NCBI GenBank assembly: GCA_963831385.1
Contig: CAWHPW010000003.1
Location: 1-32,000, forward strand
Direction of reading: 5' to 3'
Source of the DNA: an uncultured Actinomycetota bacterium
GTDB lineage: Bacteria > Actinomycetota > Actinomycetes > Jiangellales > Jiangellaceae
DNA: 32,000 nucleotides
Positions 16,931 through 24,404 of the stretch are shown piece by piece. The notes beneath the pieces were generated by a model. The model worked only from the letters and a program-made list of their open reading frames with translations. It was not told where the DNA came from and ran no database searches. Position numbers and translations under genes: made by a program. Numbering within the stretch: position 1 is the first letter of the stretch; each line of letters begins with the position of its first letter.

Positions 16931-17463
16931 GGCCCGATGCGCGCCCCGGGGCAGGCCGCATCCTCGTCGCGGGCGTCGGCAATGTCTTCCTGGGTGACGA
17001 CGGGTTCGGCGTCGAGGTCGTGCAACGGCTGCAGACACGGCCGCTCCCGGCCGGGGTGCAGGTTCACGACATCGGTATCCGTGGGGTGCACTTGGCCTAC
17101 GAGCTGCTCGACGGATGTGAGCTGTTGGTCTTGGTCGACACTGCCGAAACCGGGGCCGCCCCCGGCACGGTGTCGGTCATCGAGCCCTCGACCACAGTGG
17201 ATCTTGAGACCGACGCTCGTGCGCCGGGTGGACCGGACAGAGCTCCCGTGCCGCCAATGGACGCCCACGGGCTCACCCCGGACCAGGTTTTCGCACTCGT
17301 ACGTCACCTGGGCGGGAAACTGGGTCGCGCGCTGGTCGTAGCCTGCCAACCTGCGGACATGAACCCCGGCATGGGTCTGTCCGAACCGGTTCTCGCGGCC
17401 GTCCCCGAGGCGGTCGCGCTGGTCGAGGAGATCGTGGAGAAGGAGGGCGCGTCGTGGCGATGA
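16927..17463 (+). CDS. Hydrogenase maturation endopeptidase (HupD/HybD/HyaD family, 178 aa)
   Basis: Motif ILVAGVGNVFLGDDGFGVEVV (GNxxxGDDGxG). The ATG overlaps the upstream stop (ATGA). The large subunit carries a C-terminal tail after the CGVH motif, a possible substrate for this protease. Confidence 0.85.
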   Translation: MRPDARPGAGRILVAGVGNVFLGDDGFGVEVVQRLQTRPLPAGVQVHDIGIRGVHLAYELLDGCELLVLVDTAETGAAPGTVSVIEPSTTVDLETDARAPGGPDRAPVPPMDAHGLTPDQVFALVRHLGGKLGRALVVACQPADMNPGMGLSEPVLAAVPEAVALVEEIVEKEGASWR

Positions 17464-17567
17464 CCATCCTCAAGGTGGTGGTGGCCGCCGCCGCCGCGGT
17501 GCTCGCTGCGGCGGTGATCCGGTCGATCCCGGACCTGAAGAGATACCGGGAGATCAGCTCGATGTAA
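17460..17567 (+). CDS. Small single-helix membrane peptide (35 aa), absent from the supplied ORF track
   Basis: The ATG at 17460 overlaps the protease stop (ATGA). Translation: MTILKVVVAAAAAVLAAAVIRSIPDLKRYREISSM, then TAA at 17565-17567. 33 of 35 sense codons end in G/C. It fills what would otherwise be a 120-nt gap. From memory it resembles small proteins annotated in actinobacterial hydrogenase clusters (DUF6893-type); this was not verified. Confidence 0.55.
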   Translation: MTILKVVVAAAAAVLAAAVIRSIPDLKRYREISSM

Positions 17568-17583
17568 CGACGGAGGGACGCTG

Positions 17584-17937
17584 GTGCACGAGATCGGTCT
17601 GTGCGAAGGAGTGCTCGAGGCGGTCCGGCGGCGCGCCGACGGACGACCTGTGGCCGGGATCAGGGTGCGCGCCGGAGTGCGGCACGCCGTCGTCCCTGCG
17701 GCCATGGAACAGGCGTTCCAGCTGGTCGCCGAGGGCACCGAGGCCGACGGAGCAACGGTCGACGTCGTCCAGGTTCCCGTCCACCTCCGTTGCGAGGCGT
17801 GCGGGCATGAAACCGACACCCTGGACGTGCTTGCCGTCTGTCCACGATGCCTCGCCGACACCGTGGTCGTCAGCGGCGGCGACGAGCTGACATTGGAGTC
17901 CATCCAGTACGTCCCCGAACCGGTGGAACGGGCGTAG
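17584..17937 (+). CDS. hypA: Hydrogenase nickel-insertion protein HypA (117 aa)
   Basis: GTG preceded by GGAGGG with a 6-nt spacer. The product starts MHEIGLCEGVL (the conserved MHE Ni site). Zn site CEACGH...CPRC. Confidence 0.9.
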   Translation: MHEIGLCEGVLEAVRRRADGRPVAGIRVRAGVRHAVVPAAMEQAFQLVAEGTEADGATVDVVQVPVHLRCEACGHETDTLDVLAVCPRCLADTVVVSGGDELTLESIQYVPEPVERA

Positions 17938-17941
17938 CCGC

Positions 17942-18220
17942 ATGTGCCTCGGTATTCCTGCGCGGATCGTGGCCGTCGGCATCGACCACCCGGATCTCGC
18001 CAGGGTGGACATGGCCGGGGTGCAGCGCAGCGTCAACGTCGGCCTTCTCGACGACCCAGCTGGGCTGGCAGAGGGTGACTGGATCCTGGTGCACATGGGG
18101 TTTGCCCTGCAGCTGATGACTGCGCAGGAGGCCGATGAGGCTTTCCGAGCCCTCGACGCCGAACGCACTGCGATTCTGGCTTTCGACGCTGCGAGAGACG
18201 GCGACAGCGATGCGGGCTGA
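17942..18220 (+). CDS. hypC: Hydrogenase assembly chaperone HypC/HupF family (92 aa)
   Basis: N-terminus MCLGIPARIV (invariant Cys2) and GDWILVHMGFAL motif. Confidence 0.9.
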   Translation: MCLGIPARIVAVGIDHPDLARVDMAGVQRSVNVGLLDDPAGLAEGDWILVHMGFALQLMTAQEADEAFRALDAERTAILAFDAARDGDSDAG

Positions 18221-18995
18221 CCCTACATCGGCGACCGGCCCTCTCCTGTTCGTCCGCTACGCGTACCCGCCCAACTCGCTGGGCTACTGCGGTCCGGCTG
18301 ACAGCGCGGCCTTCCGCGAGTACGGGGCCAGTGGTGTCGTCGACGAGGGCCTGGTCGATCTCGCCCGTGCGTTCTCCGGGGCCTGGCCATATCTTGAGCT
18401 CATCGCGTCCGGTTGCGGGATAGCGGACCCTTTGGACCGGCGCGTCGTCGAGGCTTACTGGGTCGGCAACACGCTGCTTGACGCGATCCCTCTCGCCCGC
18501 ACCGCCGATTCCATGGAGACACGGTTCCGCCCGTTGATCGGTCGGCAGTTCCCGCATCTCGTGGACAATGTGCTCGCGGGCGGCGTGCCCCACCACAGCT
18601 TCCACGTCTTCGGCGTCTACCCGTGGGTCGGCCTGCTCGGCGACGACCGCAAGGCCGACCGTGCGCTGACCGTGCTCGACAGGTGCCGGATCCGCTGGGG
18701 CCAGGTGGTTACCGAGAAGGTTGGCGAAGTCAGCGTTCGCTCACGTCGCCTGCAGTGGGACGGCCGGCGGGTCAGCCTCGGTGAGCCCGAGCTGGAGACG
18801 GCCTTTTGCCACGTGGGCGAAACCGCGCCCTCGCTCGCTGAAGGCGACTGGGTTTCATTGCACTGGGACTGGGTCTGCGACCGACTCTCCGGTCGAGGAC
18901 TGCGAGCGTTGCGCCACTACACCACGTGGCATCTCGACATGGTCAACCGCCGCGTGCCCCGAGCGGGCACGCTGGTCGCGCTCGGCGGCGGGTGA
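18210..18995 (+). CDS. Hydrogenase-cluster protein of unknown function with embedded HypC-like C-terminal domain (261 aa)
   Basis: The ATG at 18210 overlaps hypC by 11 nt. The N-terminal half is LLFVRYAYPPNSLGYCGPADSAAFREYG.... The C-terminal segment CRIRWGQVV...LAEGDWVSLHWDWV parallels HypC MCLGIPARIV...LAEGDWILVHMGFA. Confidence 0.75.
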   Translation: MRADPTSATGPLLFVRYAYPPNSLGYCGPADSAAFREYGASGVVDEGLVDLARAFSGAWPYLELIASGCGIADPLDRRVVEAYWVGNTLLDAIPLARTADSMETRFRPLIGRQFPHLVDNVLAGGVPHHSFHVFGVYPWVGLLGDDRKADRALTVLDRCRIRWGQVVTEKVGEVSVRSRRLQWDGRRVSLGEPELETAFCHVGETAPSLAEGDWVSLHWDWVCDRLSGRGLRALRHYTTWHLDMVNRRVPRAGTLVALGGG

Positions 18996-18998
18996 GGC

Positions 18999-19373
18999 TC
19001 AGGGGGTCTGCACGTTCGGCATGTCCTCGTCGATCGGGTCCTGCGGGTCGACGCCGGTCGAGGCTTCTGCGGTCGACGTGCCAACCGGTCGGTCCGTCGG
19101 CCCCTGCGTACCGAGGTCGTGACGGCCTTCTTCATCGCTGCCCCGCGCGATGTCCTCTCCACTTCGCCTGCTGTCGTCGGTCTCGGCCACCGGCGGGAGG
19201 ACGGTCTCTGCGTCCTCGCCGACGGAACTCTGGGCCTCCCGTGCCTTCTCGTTGGCCTCTATGACCCGCTCCTTGGCCTCACCCGTGCCCGGTGCGTCCG
19301 GCGCCCAGCCGTGGGTGTTCTCGTCGACGCGCCCGGGCTCGTAGTCGCTCGATGTCTTGTTTGTGTCCGCCAC
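18999..19373 (-). CDS. Acidic, low-complexity (probably disordered) hypothetical protein (124 aa)
   Basis: GTG start preceded by GGAGG with a 9-nt spacer. Asp/Glu/Thr/Pro-rich sequence with no hydrophobic core. It lies 48 nt downstream of the MMPL stop on the same strand. Confidence 0.5.
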   Translation of the reverse strand: MADTNKTSSDYEPGRVDENTHGWAPDAPGTGEAKERVIEANEKAREAQSSVGEDAETVLPPVAETDDSRRSGEDIARGSDEEGRHDLGTQGPTDRPVGTSTAEASTGVDPQDPIDEDMPNVQTP

Positions 19374-19421
19374 CGTTCGTCGCCTCCATGTTGTCCTCCC
19401 GAGTGCGGGAGAAGGTAGGAC

Positions 19422-21725
19422 TCACGTGGCAGTTACCTTTCCCGCGCCGGCTGGCTCGAAACGACCCGGAGCCGGCCGCTGACCGTCGGGTTGAGCCAGG
19501 AACGTCTCTGGCCGGCCTTCCACGTGCAGTTGCGGAAGCCGGCGGTCGAGCCACTCTGGCAGCCACCAGTTCGCCCTCCCCGTCAGGTGCATGATCGCGG
19601 GGACGAGCAGCATCCGGACCACGGTGGCGTCGACCAGGATGGCGGCTGCCATGCCGACGCCGATGACCTTGAGGAACACCTCCGGGCTGGGGATGAAGGC
19701 CGCGAAGACGGCGACCATGATGGCCGCGGCGGCGGTCACCACCCGGCCGGTCCCGGCCAGGCCGTCGACGATCGCCTGGCTGTTGTCCCTGGTTCGCAGC
19801 CACGACTCGCGCATGCGGCTGACCAGGAACACCTCGTAGTCCATCGACAGACCGAACAGCACCGCGAACATGAGCACGGGGATGAACGCCGGCATCGGCG
19901 TCTCAGTGTCGATGCCGATCAGCTGCCCGGCCCAGCCACCCTGCAGGAACAGCGCCACGACACCGTATGCCGCCGCGACGGAAAGCAGGTTCATGAACGC
20001 GGCGGTCACCGGGATGGCAAGGCTTCGGAAGGAGACCAGAAGCAGCAACATCGACAGTGCGACGACTCCACCGATGAGCAGCGGCAGCCGCTGGGCGATG
20101 TTGGCCGTGCTGTCGATGGCCGACGCTGTTACGCCGCCGACGTGGACCTCGAGGCCAGTTCCGTCGGTCGCAGCAGGAACGACATCGTTGCGGAGAGTCC
20201 GCACCAGGTTTTCGGTCGCCTGGTCCTGCGGACCCGTGGTCGGAATCACCGCCAGGACCGCCGCATCGCCGGCCGGATTCACTTGCGCGGGGGTCACCGC
20301 CGCGACGCCGGCGACAGCTTCGAGATCCTCGGCGAGGGTCGACAACGCCCTGGCGTCACCATCGGAGAGGTCGGCGACCAGGACGAGCGGGCCGTTCGCA
20401 CCGGCCCCGAAGCCGGCGCTGACCAAGTCGTAGGCCTGCCGGGTTGATCTGCCCTCGGCGTCATTGCCGGCGTCGGGGAAGCCGAACCGGACACCCAGGA
20501 ATGGCGCCGCCAGGGCGAGCAGCAGCGCAACGCCGGCCATTGCTGCGATCACGCTGTGCCGGTCGACCAGCCGGCTCCACCGCACCCAACCGCGGCTCGG
20601 GACCACGTGGCCACCCGCCGCGATCTGAACCGGCCGGCGCCGTCCGAGCGGAAGTCGCAACCGGTCGATCCACCGCCCGAAATAGCCGAGCAACGCGGGG
20701 AACAGAGTGACGGCCGCCACCATGACGACGAGCACTCCGACGATGGTGGCGAGCGCGGCCCCTTGCATGAACGACAGGCCCATCGCGAACAGGCCCAGCA
20801 TGCTCACCACGACTGTGCCTCCGGCGACCAAGACGGAGCGGCCGGCCGTATCGAGCGTCGCGATGGTGGCGGACTCGGCATCGAGGCCGGCCGCGCGCCA
20901 TTCCCGGAACCGGGTGACCATCAGCAGCACGTAGTCGATGCCGATGCCGATCCCCATCATCGCGGCGAGCGAGGTGGACCAGTCCGGCACGTCGACAACG
21001 GCGGCTACCAGGCCGATCAACGAGCCGCTGACGGCGAGGCCGGCGACGGCGACGACGAGCGGAAGCCCGGCCGCCACCACTGAGCCAAAGGTGAGCAACA
21101 GGATGATTGCGGCCGCGGCCAGCCCGATTCCTTCCGAGCCGATCTCGCCCTGCTCGGCCAACTGGATGCTTTGTCCGCCCAGTGCCACCTCGAGTCCCGG
21201 CCGTTCCGCCTCGGCGGCGGTCTCGATGAGTCGCTCCGTATCGGCAATCGGCATGTCGACCGGGTTTGCGACGTCCAAACGGACGTGGGAGAGCACGGTG
21301 CGGCCGTCGGCGGAAATCGCGCCCGGCGCAGCATATGGATTCTCCACAGCCGCGACATGCGGCTGATCGGCCAGGGTCCCGAGCAGATTCGAGACCGCAG
21401 CCTGAACGGCGGGGTCATTGGCACCGGCATCGGCCCGGATGACGACGTCGATCGTGTCGCCGGATTGGTTGGGGAACCGGTCGGCGAGCAGTTCCTGGGC
21501 CTGCGTCGAATCCGAGCCGGGCGCCGCGTAGTCGGCAGCGAAGTCACCGGCGAACGCGGCCGACAAGCCGGTTGCTACGGCCAGCGCCGCCACCCAGGCC
21601 AGGACCACGCGGCCACGGCGCCGGAAGGCGATGCCGGCCAGTCGGCCCAGCGGGCCGGGGCGGGCGGCACGGTCCTCCGGGTGCGGGCCGGGCCGATCCG
21701 CTCGGATCATCGTGTCGTTGGTCAT
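19422..21725 (-). CDS. MMPL-family (RND superfamily) membrane transporter (767 aa)
   Basis: Two 6-TM bundles, each followed or preceded by a soluble loop. Motifs typical of MMPL: GIGIDYVLLMVTRFRE and GLSMDYEVFLVSRMRE. ATG preceded by GAAGGGG. Confidence 0.9.
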   Translation of the reverse strand: MTNDTMIRADRPGPHPEDRAARPGPLGRLAGIAFRRRGRVVLAWVAALAVATGLSAAFAGDFAADYAAPGSDSTQAQELLADRFPNQSGDTIDVVIRADAGANDPAVQAAVSNLLGTLADQPHVAAVENPYAAPGAISADGRTVLSHVRLDVANPVDMPIADTERLIETAAEAERPGLEVALGGQSIQLAEQGEIGSEGIGLAAAAIILLLTFGSVVAAGLPLVVAVAGLAVSGSLIGLVAAVVDVPDWSTSLAAMMGIGIGIDYVLLMVTRFREWRAAGLDAESATIATLDTAGRSVLVAGGTVVVSMLGLFAMGLSFMQGAALATIVGVLVVMVAAVTLFPALLGYFGRWIDRLRLPLGRRRPVQIAAGGHVVPSRGWVRWSRLVDRHSVIAAMAGVALLLALAAPFLGVRFGFPDAGNDAEGRSTRQAYDLVSAGFGAGANGPLVLVADLSDGDARALSTLAEDLEAVAGVAAVTPAQVNPAGDAAVLAVIPTTGPQDQATENLVRTLRNDVVPAATDGTGLEVHVGGVTASAIDSTANIAQRLPLLIGGVVALSMLLLLVSFRSLAIPVTAAFMNLLSVAAAYGVVALFLQGGWAGQLIGIDTETPMPAFIPVLMFAVLFGLSMDYEVFLVSRMRESWLRTRDNSQAIVDGLAGTGRVVTAAAAIMVAVFAAFIPSPEVFLKVIGVGMAAAILVDATVVRMLLVPAIMHLTGRANWWLPEWLDRRLPQLHVEGRPETFLAQPDGQRPAPGRFEPAGAGKVTAT

Positions 21726-21778
21726 CGAGGCCCCTTCATGGCAATGATGCGTGACGGCAGTGAAGTACCCTTGGCTCT

Positions 21779-21793
21779 GTTATGGTTCATAAC
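21779..21793. promoter_or_regulatory. Inverted repeat GTTATG-gtt-CATAAC (candidate TetR operator)
   Basis: Perfect 6+6 inverted repeat with a 3-nt spacer in the AT-richer 148-nt divergent MMPL/TetR intergenic region. The half-site TGTTATG recurs at 21824-21830. Confidence 0.4.
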
Positions 21794-21822
21794 GAACACT
21801 AAGCAGCAGAACTTGTCAAGAC

Positions 21823-21850
21823 CTGTTATGTCTGTGACGATGCGTAACAG
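21823..21850. promoter_or_regulatory. Second inverted repeat CTGTTA-n16-TAACAG overlapping the TetR ribosome-binding region
   Basis: CTGTTA (21823-21828) and TAACAG (21845-21850) are reverse complements. It shares the TGTTA core with the 21779 repeat. Confidence 0.3.
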
Positions 21851-21873
21851 AAGTGGGATCGAGGAGGCCGGGT

Positions 21874-22632
21874 ATGACCATCGTGTCGAGCGAGCCTCAG
21901 TCGCCGCCTGATCATGTGCCGACCAGACGTGAACGCACCCGGGCCGCGACGATCGAGGAGATCAAGCAGACCGCGCTGCAGCTGATGCACGCCCAGGGCA
22001 CGACGGACCTGCGGTTCTCCGACATCGCGCGTGAGATGGGGATGACGGCGCCGGCCCTCTACCGCTATTTCGCCGACCGTGACGAGCTGCTGACGGCCAT
22101 GATCGTCGACGCGTACGACGACCTCGGCGATGCTGTGGCCAAGGCCAGGGACCAGGTGCCAGTCGATGACCCCACCGGTCGGCTGTACGCCGTCGGGCAG
22201 GCCTACCGCTCATGGGCACGCAGCGAGCCGCAACGGTTTGCGTTGATCCTGGGGATGCCGGTGCCGGGTTACGCCGCGCCCGAGGAAGGTCCGACTACCG
22301 AGGCAGCCGAACGGGCGATGGCACAGCTGAAGGCGTTGTTCTTCGACGCCGCCGCGCAGCAGCTGTTGAAGCCTCCGTTGCTGGGCGAGGTCAGCGAATC
22401 GCTGCGGGAGTGTGTCCAAGCCGAGCACGACATGGTGCACCCGGACGAGCCGATGCTCCCGGCAGAGACCTTCCAGGCAATGCTGCACTGCTGGGCGGCC
22501 CTACACGGATTCACCTGCCTCGAGACCTACGGCCACTTGGACTGGTTGCCGGCGGACGGCCGAGATGCGCTGTTCGATGCGAACATCCGGCTGATCGCCG
22601 CGACGACCGGGCTCCCGATGCCGCAGGCGTAG
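21874..22632 (+). CDS. TetR/AcrR-family transcriptional regulator (252 aa)
   Basis: ATG at 21874 preceded by GAGGAGG with a 6-nt spacer. HTH RFSDIAREMGMTAPALYRYFADRDELL. Divergent from the MMPL gene. Confidence 0.85.
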   Translation: MTIVSSEPQSPPDHVPTRRERTRAATIEEIKQTALQLMHAQGTTDLRFSDIAREMGMTAPALYRYFADRDELLTAMIVDAYDDLGDAVAKARDQVPVDDPTGRLYAVGQAYRSWARSEPQRFALILGMPVPGYAAPEEGPTTEAAERAMAQLKALFFDAAAQQLLKPPLLGEVSESLRECVQAEHDMVHPDEPMLPAETFQAMLHCWAALHGFTCLETYGHLDWLPADGRDALFDANIRLIAATTGLPMPQA

Positions 22633-22667
22633 ACGGCCGCTTCGTTGCGTTCTGACACCATCACCGC

Positions 22668-23489
22668 ATGCCCGAGGGCGACACGGTCTTCCTGGCCGCC
22701 CGCCGGCTGCGGCAGGCGCTCGCCGGCCGGCCGCTGACGCGGACCGATTTCCGGGTGCCGAGATACGCCACGACGGATCTGACCGGGCGAACAGTCGACG
22801 AGGTCATCTCCCGTGGCAAGCACCTGCTGATTCGGGTCGAGCCCGATGTCACCATCCACACGCACTTCCGCATGGACGGAACGTGGCGGACGTTCCGCGC
22901 CGGCCGACCCTGGCGCGGCGGCCCTGGTTGGCAGATCCGGATCGTGCTGGCGAACGCCGAATACGCCGCGATCGGATACCGGATCCCTGTCATCGACGTG
23001 GTGCGCCGCACGCAGGAGAGCGACCTGGTCGGTCATCTCGGCCCGGATCTGCTGGGGCCGGATTGGGACGCCGCTGAAGCAGTCCGGCGGTTGGCCGGCG
23101 ATCCCGACCGCGAGATCGGGGACGCATTGCTCGACCAGCGCAACCTGGCTGGCATCGGCAACCTGTACAAGACCGAGCTGTGCTTCCTGCGCGGAGTCTC
23201 GCCATGGACGTCCGTCCGCGATGCCGGCGACCTCCGCGCCTGGGTCGATCTCGCGCACCGCCTCCTGACCGCGAACATCGACAGTTATGCGCAGTCGACG
23301 ACAGGTGATACCCATCCGGCGCGCAGGAACTGGGTCTACGGTCGCCGGACCTGTCTGCGCTGCGGCGGGCCCATCAAGCGCGCCGAGCAGGGTGCCGCCC
23401 CGTGGGAGCGGGTGAGCTCCTGGTGTCCACATTGCCAGCCCGGGCCAGGCCCCGAGCCCGTGTCTTCGACCGGCCCGGGCCGCACCTGA
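22668..23489 (+). CDS. nei: Fpg/Nei-family DNA glycosylase (endonuclease VIII-like, 273 aa)
   Basis: N-terminal MPEGDTV (catalytic Pro2-Glu3). H2TH region NLAGIGNLYKTELCF. C-terminal zinc finger CLRCGGPI...CPHCQ. Confidence 0.85.
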   Translation: MPEGDTVFLAARRLRQALAGRPLTRTDFRVPRYATTDLTGRTVDEVISRGKHLLIRVEPDVTIHTHFRMDGTWRTFRAGRPWRGGPGWQIRIVLANAEYAAIGYRIPVIDVVRRTQESDLVGHLGPDLLGPDWDAAEAVRRLAGDPDREIGDALLDQRNLAGIGNLYKTELCFLRGVSPWTSVRDAGDLRAWVDLAHRLLTANIDSYAQSTTGDTHPARRNWVYGRRTCLRCGGPIKRAEQGAAPWERVSSWCPHCQPGPGPEPVSSTGPGRT

Positions 23490-23505
23490 TCTGGGCCCGA
23501 TCGGA

Positions 23506-24348
23506 TCAGATGTCGACCGTGCCCTCGATGTAGGTGCGCGTCGGTCCGCCGACCCAGACCGTTCCGTCGGCGTCTTGGTCGATCCGCGGGCGACCGGTTC
23601 GGCCCAGCCGGGTGCCCTGGCTGGCCACGTAGGGGGCGGTCACGCGACCGGTCGAGGTGAGCCATTGAGCGACGGCGGCGTGCAGGCTGCCGGTTACTGG
23701 GTCCTCCTGCAGCCCGCCCAGTCCGTCGCTGAAGATCGCTCTGAGCTCGTACGCGTATTCCGAGCCTTCTGGGTACCGGCCGACGACACCGATGTCGAGC
23801 TTGGCGCTGGACGTTGGTGCAGGCTCGAGGGCGATCACGGCGTCGGCGCTGTCGAGGACGACGACCACCCAGCCGGGTCCGTTGTCGGCCCATTCAGCGT
23901 CGATGATGTCCGAGCGATCGACGCCCAGGACTGCCGCGATCTGCTCCACGAGTGCATCGTCGACCGGGCCGCTGCGCAACAGCGGAGGAGCCGCGAACGC
24001 GAGTGCGCCGTCGGTCCGTCGGATCGGCACCAGACCCAGGCCGCACTCCTGGACGACGACATCTGCCTGTCGTGGCTCACCCCCTGCCCGAAGCCACGCG
24101 TGACAGCTCCCCAGCGTCGGGTGTCCGGCGAACGGGAGCTCGTGCGGCAGCGTGAAGATGCGCACCCGGTAGTCCGCGTCGGGTGTGGTCGGCGGCAGGA
24201 GGAACGTCGTCTCCGACAGGTTCATCCACCGGGTGAACTGCTGCATCTGCTCGGTCGACAGATCCTCGGAATCAATCACGACCGCGAGCGGGTTGCCCGA
24301 GAGCGGGTCCGGGGAGAACACGTCAACCTGCTGGAACCGACGAAGCAT
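23506..24348 (-). CDS. PhzF-family isomerase-like protein (280 aa)
   Basis: N-terminus FQQVDVFSPDPLSGNPLAVVIDSEDLSTEQMQQFTRWMNLSETTFLL is the characteristic PhzF-family opening (including the SETTF catalytic region). Confidence 0.85.
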   Translation of the reverse strand: MLRRFQQVDVFSPDPLSGNPLAVVIDSEDLSTEQMQQFTRWMNLSETTFLLPPTTPDADYRVRIFTLPHELPFAGHPTLGSCHAWLRAGGEPRQADVVVQECGLGLVPIRRTDGALAFAAPPLLRSGPVDDALVEQIAAVLGVDRSDIIDAEWADNGPGWVVVVLDSADAVIALEPAPTSSAKLDIGVVGRYPEGSEYAYELRAIFSDGLGGLQEDPVTGSLHAAVAQWLTSTGRVTAPYVASQGTRLGRTGRPRIDQDADGTVWVGGPTRTYIEGTVDI

Positions 24349-24404
24349 CGGACCATCGTCCCCGATACCGTCGGCGCGATGCTAGGGCGAGCAAGGAGTG
24401 ACGC

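Noticed and set aside
19491-21911. Plus-strand ORFs of 318, 175, 142 and 246 aa opposite the MMPL gene
   Set aside because: They are antisense shadows of the 767-aa MMPL CDS, with His/Arg/Asp/Gly-rich translations and no motifs.
23486-23509. CTGATC-n12-GATCAG inverted repeat spanning both stop codons of the convergent nei and phzF-like genes
   Set aside because: It has only a 6-bp stem with a 12-nt loop, so the predicted stability is weak. It could be a bidirectional terminator, but the evidence is insufficient.
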